From a virus (lineage: Duplodnaviria; Caudoviricetes), in the IMG/VR virus record IMGVR_UViG_3300021255_004000, positions 32,001 through 96,000 of that record: a stretch of 64,000 nucleotides of DNA. The stretch is one strand, 5' to 3'. A program made the position numbers and the translations under genes. How positions within the stretch are numbered: position 1 is the first letter of the stretch; each line of letters starts with the position of its first letter. Below the pieces are notes generated by a model. That model worked only from the letters and a program-made list of their open reading frames with translations, searched no databases and was not told where the DNA came from. Below, one piece after another: positions 48,504 to 55,835 of the stretch.

Positions 48504-48685
48504 ATATTGAAAGTACTTTATACGTCGGACCAGTCCGTTCAGCTTTCGCCTAGGGAGTTTCGAGGCTCCCACCTACGCATATCAACTTTCTGTGTGCTTT
48601 TCGGGCTTCTTCTACTAAGCACTTAAACTTTCAGTTCTGCTAGAAACCAAAGTTCTTGACGTTCTCTCTAGCAATGAGAACCGTA

Positions 48686-48760
48686 TAGCTGTTGCAGGAG
48701 TCGAACCTGCTATCGTAAAGGATATGAGCCTCACATATTGAACCGTTCTACCCAACAGCG
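48686..48760 (-). tRNA. tRNA-Met(CAT)-like, initiator-like variant
   Basis: Loop CTCATAT; 1:72 mismatch; weak D stem. Confidence 0.65.
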
Positions 48761-48767
48761 ACGTACA

Positions 48768-48891
48768 AAAAGACGAGTTGTATTATTCGTGCTCTAACCG
48801 CTGAGCTATCCGCCCACGAACGAGCGGAGTTGGATTCGAACCAACGACCCCGTGCTTAAAAGGCAACAAATAGGAACAACTTATGTCTTTT
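48768..48891 (-). ncRNA. Y-like stem RNA copy 4 with circularly permuted tRNA-Lys(TTT)
   Basis: TGC-CTTTTAA-GCACG, T arm, acceptor hairpin, D arm, then CG, all inside the conserved stem. Confidence 0.85.
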
Positions 48892-48893
48892 AG

Positions 48894-48966
48894 CGGTGTA
48901 TGCGGGAATCGAACCCGCCATCTCCTGCGTGACAGGCAGGCGAAATAGCCGATATTCAAATACACC
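48894..48966 (-). tRNA. tRNA-Asp(GTC)
   Basis: Loop CTGTCAC, G73. Confidence 0.9.
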
Positions 48967-49175
48967 AAATAAACAAACCACCTTCCAAACGGAACGCCCG
49001 ATACTTGATCTTAATGTCCGCACTTATCCAAGAGTTTCATTTCGCGCGAGAAACTCTCGGGGGTTAGGGAGCTACAGGTGCCTAGGCTTACTACGATTAA
49101 GCCAACAAATGCGAGCTCGTCTCACAAAGGTTTGTACTTTTTGCCAACTTCTGTCTAGAATGAAGTTGAAAGTAG

Positions 49176-49263
49176 TGGGCCGAGAGGGAGTCGAACCCCC
49201 GATGTTTGCCGTAAAGGTGACGGATTTACAGTCCGCTGACTTCGCCACTGGTCACACCGACCC
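49176..49263 (-). tRNA. tRNA-Tyr(GTA)
   Basis: Loop CTGTAAA, long variable arm. Confidence 0.9.
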
Positions 49264-49329
49264 ATAAAATTGATGGCCGTGCTCATCACACATTTACAAC
49301 ATCGTTTCGAGCAATGTTACCATCAAGTA

Positions 49330-49402
49330 AGCTACTTGTAGGACTTGAACCCACAACATCCTGATTACAGGTCAGGCGCTCTACCATTGGAGCTAAAGTA
49401 GC
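49330..49402 (-). tRNA. tRNA-Thr(TGT), C33
   Basis: Loop CCTGTAA; G1:C72, C2:G71. Confidence 0.85.
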
Positions 49403-49558
49403 ACAATAAAAGATAAATTACATTTTTTCTTTCCATACATCTTTCATTCTAATTTGTCCGCGGTCACTGAACGAAGAAGATGGTTGTATTAGATGTTCTA
49501 TAACTTTTCGGGGCCTTAAGCCCGTATTGAGTGTTTCAACATCAGTCTCTTATCTTTA

Positions 49559-49631
49559 AGCCGCCTGAGGGATTTGAACCCACAACATCCGCATTACAGG
49601 TGCGGCGCTCTACCATTGGAGCTAAGGAGGC
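49559..49631 (-). tRNA. tRNA-Thr(TGT), C33
   Basis: Loop CCTGTAA; paralogue of 49330-49402. Confidence 0.85.
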
Positions 49632-49634
49632 ATA

Positions 49635-49706
49635 CAGTTCCGAAAGGAGTCGAACCTTCGTTCTCTGGATGAAAACCAGATGGCCTAGCCGTTAGCCGAC
49701 GGAACC
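49635..49706 (-). tRNA. tRNA-Glu(TTC)
   Basis: Loop TTTTCAT. Confidence 0.9.
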
Positions 49707-49787
49707 AAAAACTGTGAACTACTTCTAAGACTGGACGGAAGTATAGCAGCTCGTTCAAAAGATATATTGACTTTCAAACTTTTGTCT

Positions 49788-49872
49788 CGTATCAGGCAGG
49801 GCTCGAACCTGCGATGGGCTTTCGCTCGGCAGATTAACAGTCTGCTGTCTTCGACCACTCGACCACTGATAC
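49788..49872 (-). tRNA. tRNA-Asn(GTT) with long variable arm
   Basis: Loop CTGTTAA, G73, class-II-like body. Confidence 0.85.
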
Positions 49873-49879
49873 ATATTTA

Positions 49880-50431
49880 TTATGTTAAAAAGATTTTTAC
49901 TTCTTCTATAAAGATTTTAGGATTATTGAAAATATCTTTCCAAGATTTTCTCAATTCTTTCCATCCTTCTTCATTCAGAAGTTTATCTTTCTGAACATCT
50001 CTTTCTTTTTGCTCTTGAAATCTTTCGTGTTGTTCACCATCAATTTCAACGCAAAGTTTTTTGTCAGGCCAAGCAAAGTCCAAAGAAAACCTATGAAAAG
50101 GAACTTCTCTGTAATAATCTTTATCAATTTCTTGACCAAATTCATTTCTCATCATTGTAATAAACCACTCCTCAGGATATGAAGGTTTATTATTCCAACG
50201 ACAATCTCCAATGTTATGAGCTCGACCTTCAGCGTGAGCTTTTTTCATCGAAGCAGAAATCTTTTGTCTAACATCATCCGACATTGTATGTCCGCAATGA
50301 TCCTTCAACTTCTGTCTTGTTTCTTCTGACAAAACAGGTTTTTCTTTTCCAAGAGCTTTAGCCTTAGTATATTGATTTGTACCGTGGCCTTTTCTTGCGT
50401 GCATTGCATCGTACCATTTTTGACTTTTCAT
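49880..50431 (-). CDS. Homing-type endonuclease (NUMOD3-like plus Vsr/DUF559-like)
   Basis: SEETRQKL, SDDVRQKIS repeats; LDFAW...VEIDGEQH...D..L...GW. Confidence 0.8.
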   Translation of the reverse strand: MKSQKWYDAMHARKGHGTNQYTKAKALGKEKPVLSEETRQKLKDHCGHTMSDDVRQKISASMKKAHAEGRAHNIGDCRWNNKPSYPEEWFITMMRNEFGQEIDKDYYREVPFHRFSLDFAWPDKKLCVEIDGEQHERFQEQKERDVQKDKLLNEEGWKELRKSWKDIFNNPKIFIEEVKIFLT

Positions 50432-50519
50432 ATCAATTAGTACGGTCCTCCGCTCTACATGTGTCCCTATCGTCGGAACCTATTGTCAACATCTTATCGT
50501 CGGTCCCTATTGTCGGTAG

Positions 50520-50593
50520 CGGGATATGCGAGCATCGAACTCGCGACCTCTAGCGTGACAGGCTAGCGTGGTAGCCAACTCCACCAATACCCC
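50520..50593 (-). tRNA. tRNA-Asp(GTC)
   Basis: Loop CTGTCAC. Confidence 0.9.
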
Positions 50594-50807
50594 AAAATTG
50601 TAGGTATAAGAAACCTTTTGCAAGGAAAGGAATTACCCGTATGCCTTTTACCAGCCAACAACTTGTTCAGTAGTTCCATTTCTGTTATCTGACCAATAGT
50701 GTTTCTACTGGCTCTGACAAGTTATCAACCAAGGATTCGAACCTTCCACCGAACGATACCACGAGGTGGCAGCAACCAAGCTGTTATTTTATTCCGTTTA
50801 ACGTTCT

Positions 50808-50880
50808 TAGATCTTGCGGGGATCGAACCCACTCCTCCACCTTGAAAGGGTGGCGACTCAACCTTTTTGTCCTAAGATCC
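50808..50880 (-). tRNA. tRNA-Glu(TTC)
   Basis: Loop CTTTCAA. Confidence 0.85.
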
Positions 50881-50935
50881 ATATTTGAAGTTTCCTTCTT
50901 TTGTTGTAAACCTTTTGTATCGGTTTTACAGAAAT

Positions 50936-50964
50936 AATATAAAAGAAGTTTTTTCAAAGTTCAA
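50936..50964 (-). promoter_or_regulatory. Early-type promoter TTGAAC-N17-TATATT upstream of tRNA block 1
   Basis: Conserved repeat. Confidence 0.8.
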
Positions 50965-50999
50965 AAATTTTTATTTTTTTGCAATTTTTGTTATAAAAC

Positions 51000-51061
51000 A
51001 AAAAAGGCAAACCTTCATCGGTTTGCCTCAGGGAAACATTTCTCAGTTCTCTAAGGCAACC
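51000..51061 (-). promoter_or_regulatory. Attenuator 1: antiterminator/terminator
   Basis: Terminator AGGCAAACC-gatgaa-GGTTTGCCT followed by a T tract; GGTTGCCTTAG (leader end and stop) pairs with CTGAGGCAAACC. Confidence 0.8.
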
Positions 51062-51173
51062 TTGTATCTTCATTATAATCGTATTCATCTGTAGTGATAG
51101 CAGTTCTAACATCATTATTCAATAATGATCTTGTTGTGAGAACTTCTGCTGTCAATGAATACAATGAAGTCAT
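51051..51173 (-). CDS. Leader peptide 1 (40 aa) MTSLYSLTAEVLTTRSLLNNDVRTAITTDEYDYNEDTRLP
   Basis: AAGGAAGG RBS, ACTAAT motif upstream; composition matches downstream tRNAs. Confidence 0.8.
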   Translation of the reverse strand: MTSLYSLTAEVLTTRSLLNNDVRTAITTDEYDYNEDTRLP

Positions 51174-51267
51174 TTTTAATAGCCCTTCCTTAATATATTT
51201 CAATTAGTACAACCCTTAAAAATGTAAGAGTTGTAATTTGTTCCTCGTATATTTATATTAACAGATT

Positions 51268-51867
51268 TTAGTCTTCTGCTGTAGGAATTTCAATTCCAAA
51301 CAGTTTTGATAACTTATCTTTCCAATTAAGGAAATCATCGTTATGGCCGCCATCTGCATAATAAGTTACACCGTCATAAATCTTATCATAATTTGATAAG
51401 AAAGCTTTACAGAACTCTTCGTTCTCAGGATCGCCATCGCTGGCAGTATCATAAAGCTCGTCAATAAGTGTATCAAGCTTCTCAATGCAGTTTGCTGCTG
51501 CTTCATAGTTTGTCCAAACTCTTGAGAGAATTTGGAATAAACTTATCAACTTCATAAACTTATGCTTCAAAGCATCTGTTTTGATTACATCATACATATC
51601 AGAAAGTTCGCCGCCTACAATAACTGGGACGCCATTCAATCTTTCAAATGCGTGACATAATTCGTGTGCAACATATTTAGGCAAGTCCTCTTTGGAAACT
51701 TTTTTCCAAACAGAAATACTCTTTTCTGAAATGTTGTACTTTGCTTTCATTCCTGTGTAGTCAAAGTCGACAACATTTATAGAAACACTTGGACACGGAA
51801 TACCTGCATCCTCAAGCTTATCAAGCAAATTGTCTAAACACGCCTGTGCATCTTCTTGTTTAATCAT
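51268..51867 (-). CDS. Zincin-like (HExxH) protein
   Basis: VAHELCH; AGGAG RBS. Confidence 0.6.
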   Translation of the reverse strand: MIKQEDAQACLDNLLDKLEDAGIPCPSVSINVVDFDYTGMKAKYNISEKSISVWKKVSKEDLPKYVAHELCHAFERLNGVPVIVGGELSDMYDVIKTDALKHKFMKLISLFQILSRVWTNYEAAANCIEKLDTLIDELYDTASDGDPENEEFCKAFLSNYDKIYDGVTYYADGGHNDDFLNWKDKLSKLFGIEIPTAED

Positions 51868-52035
51868 AAACGGTACTCCTAATATTTAGTTATAGGAGAA
51901 AGAGTTCTCGCCGGTTTTAATTTCTCAAACTACAGCCCCGCTACCTGCATTCGATTTTTGCAAGCCATACGAGTAGCATCACTGCTGCGAGGTTGATGGG
52001 ACTTTCACCCATAGTGACGTTTAACGAACTCCTAA

Positions 52036-52124
52036 TTCGGAAGGCGGGATTCGAACCTGCACGACGCTGATATGCGTCACCAGAATCAAAGTCTGGGGAG
52101 ATACCAATTACTCTTTACTTCCGA
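52036..52124 (-). tRNA. tRNA-Gln(TTG) with long variable arm
   Basis: Loop CTTTGAT; GACGC-atatca-GCGTC extra arm. Confidence 0.7.
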
Positions 52125-52244
52125 GTAAAATAGTTTTCTCACTCTTGTTTGCAACGCGACGCAAGATTCCAATAGGTGGACATATCCGATATTCCTATTA
52201 TACGGAAGGCCCTTAAGCGCATCTACTGCCGCGAGAAAACTATA

Positions 52245-52576
52245 GGTGAACCAAGGACTTGAACCTTGCCGTTACTCCAGCCTTGCGAGCTTCACGGATC
52301 CAACAGTGTCCACCATCATTATAAGTGCAGTCGGGAATTGAACCCGCTCTCAGCTGGCGTGATCCGCGTGGGACGAAGCCGTGCCTTTTTCCTTCATCGC
52401 ACTTAACAAGCCTTACGGATTGCTCCTGCTTGTAATGGAGTCTTAGAGGTTTGACTGCCAACCTTTAGAACATAGAGGATTCGAACCTCAGTTTCTGAGC
52501 ATACTACACTCAGCGTTCTAGACCCTGCCCTACTTTGCTGTGCACTGCTTTTTCGAGCTTTCGAACTAATGTTCTC
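52245..52576 (-). ncRNA. Three tRNA-like RNAs with acceptor and T arm but non-canonical interior
   Basis: T arms CAAGG-TTCAAGT-CCTTG, CGGG-TTCAATT-CCCG, GAGG-TTCGAAT-CCTC, each with paired ends. Confidence 0.55.
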
Positions 52577-52706
52577 CTTTGACGGTATCAACTTCATCCT
52601 GCGTCGTCATATACAGGCCTTTACCATCCGGTGCTTCCAGCGGTTGAGTATAACTCCTCATATTTCCCGTTCTCTGTGTAGCCATCTACGTTGAAGTTGT
52701 CAAATA

Positions 52707-52779
52707 TAGTTCCTACGGGGCTTGAACCCATTTTTCGAGCTTGAGAGGCTCGCGAATTAGCCAGTTATTCGAAGGAACC
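52707..52779 (-). tRNA. tRNA-Glu(CTC)
   Basis: Loop CTCTCAA. Confidence 0.85.
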
Positions 52780-52784
52780 AAAAA

Positions 52785-53015
52785 TTACATCTCAGGAATA
52801 AGCGTGCCATCTTTTAACCAAGCTTTTGGAGTAAAGTTTGGCATAGGCTGTAATGTTTCAAAAGACCACCAAGCATTATCATTTTTATCCCAAAGACCAT
52901 AACCAATGCCTTTTGAACCATCACTGTTAAAACCTACAAGAAGAACGACACCTTGATCTTTCCCTGCTTCCAAGTCAAAATTCCAAGTTGCTTCAACTGT
53001 TACTGTCTTTGCCAT
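52785..53015 (-). CDS. Small hypothetical protein
   Basis: GGAGG RBS, early promoter upstream. Confidence 0.65.
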   Translation of the reverse strand: MAKTVTVEATWNFDLEAGKDQGVVLLVGFNSDGSKGIGYGLWDKNDNAWWSFETLQPMPNFTPKAWLKDGTLIPEM

Positions 53016-53047
53016 ACTCGCCTCCTTGTTTGCGTTTTGACAATAAT

Positions 53048-53076
53048 AATATAAAAGAATGTTTGAAAAAGTTCAA
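53048..53076 (-). promoter_or_regulatory. Early-type promoter TTGAAC-N17-TATATT
   Basis: Conserved repeat. Confidence 0.8.
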
Positions 53077-53149
53077 AAATTCTTAAATATTTTTCAAAAA
53101 AAAATACCTGCAGCAACAGCCACAGGTATTATATTAACACTTTAGGCTA

Positions 53150-54337
53150 TTACTGTTGAACCTGCTGTTGAGCTTGCTCCAAAGCTAAGTTTGGATTTTC
53201 CTGAGCAACCTGAATTGCCTGAGCAACAACATCAGGATTGATATTTGCACCAAGCTGATTTCCATATCTTTTATAGAAATTAAGAGCTGCACCAACATTC
53301 TTACAGCGAATTGCTGCTGCTGCGAGAATCATATTCTCGACTCCATTATGATTTTGGAAGAACTGTGGAAGATCATTTCGAAGTCCCTGCTCGCCCTGTG
53401 CATTTGCCTGACCTAAGAACTTGGAAATATAATTTACCAATTCTTTAGCTCCTGCATCAGTACCATCAAAATTGTTAAGTTGCTTTACGATTGCATTTGC
53501 AGTCATATTAGCAGAAGCTTCGTTCATTTGAATAAGACTTTCAAAGAAGTTGGTTTTCTCATCTTTAGCAGGTTTAGCAGCTTCAAGGATTTCATTAAAC
53601 AAACTTTCTTTGAAGCCAAGCTTCTGAAGAATTGAAGATTTTGCTTGTGGCTGCGCAGCAGTTGGCATTACAGTTCCAGTGTTGTTATCAACAACCTGAG
53701 CATTCTTGTTCATTGACATATCAGGCTTTTCAGGAGACCAATCCTGCATTGCTGCTTTTTCTTTTGCTGGAGCAGCAGCGTAAGCTTTCTGAAACTTGTC
53801 AACACGAGCAGCTGCGGCAGGAGACATTGAGTTCTTTGCTGCAACTGGGTTAGCCCAAGCAGTTTTATCAGGTCCCATAGGAACGCCTACATAAACACCT
53901 GTTTTATCAACTTCTGCCTGTCCTCTTCCGTTAGGCCCTGGTGTTATATCACGAATGCCTTTGTTAGCAAGATCACCAGCAAGAGCGCGGCCTGATGCTT
54001 CGCCGTTTGCATACTGCATTGTTCCGCCAATCTGTGCTTCACGAATGTTTACTGACCAGTTCTTTTCGATTTTTGGAAGTATTCCTCTTACCCATCTCAT
54101 CAAACTGTTAAACTGTTCAGGATTTTCTGTTGGATGTTCTTCATCAATCTTTCCTGCGATGTATTCAACAATTCCTATATCTGGGTCATTTACGCCTGCG
54201 TCAACATCTTCGCAATATCTGCCATACCAAAAGTCAACATCAGCTTCAAGACCATCATAAGAATCAAAAAAGTTTCCTTCGCGGAAAGTATCATATGCAT
54301 ATCCTCTGTTAAGGAGGTCCTCAATCATCTTTTCCAT
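53150..54337 (-). CDS. Probable head internal protein
   Basis: ACTAAT motif; IRE, FKES, ILEA, MNEA putative cleavage sites. Confidence 0.55.
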   Translation of the reverse strand: MEKMIEDLLNRGYAYDTFREGNFFDSYDGLEADVDFWYGRYCEDVDAGVNDPDIGIVEYIAGKIDEEHPTENPEQFNSLMRWVRGILPKIEKNWSVNIREAQIGGTMQYANGEASGRALAGDLANKGIRDITPGPNGRGQAEVDKTGVYVGVPMGPDKTAWANPVAAKNSMSPAAAARVDKFQKAYAAAPAKEKAAMQDWSPEKPDMSMNKNAQVVDNNTGTVMPTAAQPQAKSSILQKLGFKESLFNEILEAAKPAKDEKTNFFESLIQMNEASANMTANAIVKQLNNFDGTDAGAKELVNYISKFLGQANAQGEQGLRNDLPQFFQNHNGVENMILAAAAIRCKNVGAALNFYKRYGNQLGANINPDVVAQAIQVAQENPNLALEQAQQQVQQ

Positions 54338-54389
54338 TAAAATGTCCTCTTATAAATTAGTAAAGGCGAGCAAAAAGCCCGCCTTATAT

Positions 54390-54938
54390 TTATTTTATAA
54401 GTTTGTCAAAATAATACAGTTTCCACGGAACAAGAACGATTCGCCCATCTTTACTGTGATATGGTGTATGATAATGGCCCGTTATGTAACGATGTTTGTG
54501 ATGACTTTCAATATACTTGCGTATCTTTACAGTTTTATATGCATCAGGCTCTGCCTTTCGTATTTTTGGCTTAAAATGATTTATTGTTTTATTGAACCAA
54601 TCAGGCGTTTTATGTCCGTGTTCAAGCAGCCAAGTTTTATCCTTTACAAGGATTTTAACACCATCATAATCAGAAATGTTTGGGTCATTGTTTCCTTTAA
54701 CATAAACAGCGTTTCTTTTTGCAAGTTGTTTCATCAAAGACGCGTGGTGCAAATAAAGATCTTCTCTTTTGTAATGTGGTTGAATAAAGTCACCAAGAAT
54801 GATCACTCCATATTCTTTAGGAGCTTCTTTCAGTTCATCAATAAGTTTTTGTTCTTCAGGCCAACAGTGCATACTGCTTAAATGCAAGTCTGCAACAATC
54901 AACCATTTTGTACTGTCTGTCCAAAAGTAATGTTTCAC
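54390..54938 (-). CDS. Calcineurin-like metallophosphoesterase
   Basis: ADLH, LGDF, GNND, HGH, GHYH. Confidence 0.85.
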   Translation of the reverse strand: MKHYFWTDSTKWLIVADLHLSSMHCWPEEQKLIDELKEAPKEYGVIILGDFIQPHYKREDLYLHHASLMKQLAKRNAVYVKGNNDPNISDYDGVKILVKDKTWLLEHGHKTPDWFNKTINHFKPKIRKAEPDAYKTVKIRKYIESHHKHRYITGHYHTPYHSKDGRIVLVPWKLYYFDKLIK

Positions 54939-55405
54939 TTTAATACATATCCTTCGTCTGTGTTATAAACTCTGATAACATCAACGCCTTTGTCAAGAAG
55001 ATACTGACCTAAAGCGCTTGCATTATCTTGCCATAATCTGCGTTTTTGTTTGATATTTGTATCGTCTTCTCTGCCGCGCTTTTTGAAGTCAACATACTGT
55101 CTCTTATCGTGCATCCACATAACAGAAACATCATAGTTGTTCAATCGTTTCAAAACTGCTTCTGCTTGTTCAACATCCTTAAAAGCATTATCAAGAATTA
55201 CGGTGTTCTCAAAATGTTCAACTTCAAGAAGATGGTTAATCGTATTGGCAAGTACTTCAGGACTAACACGAACACCATCAAACTTCTGCTGTCGAAAATA
55301 ATCTCCTAAGTGAATGACACTACAAGGAAACATTCTTTTCAAATGATGTTCAATAAAATGCGACTTGCCGCTATAACATTGTCCCACAAGACAGATAATT
55401 TTCAC
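54935..55405 (-). CDS. P-loop (NMP/polynucleotide) kinase-like protein
   Basis: GQCYSGKS, HLGD, RGREDD lid. Confidence 0.7.
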   Translation of the reverse strand: MKIICLVGQCYSGKSHFIEHHLKRMFPCSVIHLGDYFRQQKFDGVRVSPEVLANTINHLLEVEHFENTVILDNAFKDVEQAEAVLKRLNNYDVSVMWMHDKRQYVDFKKRGREDDTNIKQKRRLWQDNASALGQYLLDKGVDVIRVYNTDEGYVLK

Positions 55406-55662
55406 GATACTCGACTCTCCATTTCAAATTGTTCTCTTTGTTTGAAGATTGGCATTTCAAAGAATCGCTCAACATATTGTACTGCTGACTGCAAAGTATA
55501 ATAATAGTTTGTAATTTCAGACTTATCTTCGCTGCCATCACCTTTTGTAATTTTTACTTGCCACTGTACAAGCTTAGGTTTGTCTGTCGGCTCAACAAAA
55601 GCAACAAAGTCAAGGCCTGTGTAAATTAAGCAATTTTCTTTAATATGCCAATGATCATTCAT
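55402..55662 (-). CDS. Hypothetical protein
   Basis: Coupled ORF. Confidence 0.5.
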   Translation of the reverse strand: MNDHWHIKENCLIYTGLDFVAFVEPTDKPKLVQWQVKITKGDGSEDKSEITNYYYTLQSAVQYVERFFEMPIFKQREQFEMESRVS

Positions 55663-55835
55663 TTTCCATCGTCCTCGCAAATTGATTGCTCAAGCTTGAT
55701 AGCAATTACATCTTTGCTATCACAAACATCACTAATATGATAATCATTACCATAGCGATCACGAATAACCACCTCCGCATTAGGATGTTTTGAAACAATC
55801 GTCCCAAGCTTAATTAACAACTCATTTGCATTCAT
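55659..55835 (-). CDS. Hypothetical protein
   Basis: Start MNANELL after GAGG. Confidence 0.5.
   Translation of the reverse strand: MNANELLIKLGTIVSKHPNAEVVIRDRYGNDYHISDVCDSKDVIAIKLEQSICEDDGK

Noticed and set aside
43192-52597. Many 60-135-aa ORFs in the track overlapping the tRNA array
   Set aside because: They run across tRNA or ncRNA genes and lack RBSs; treated as spurious.
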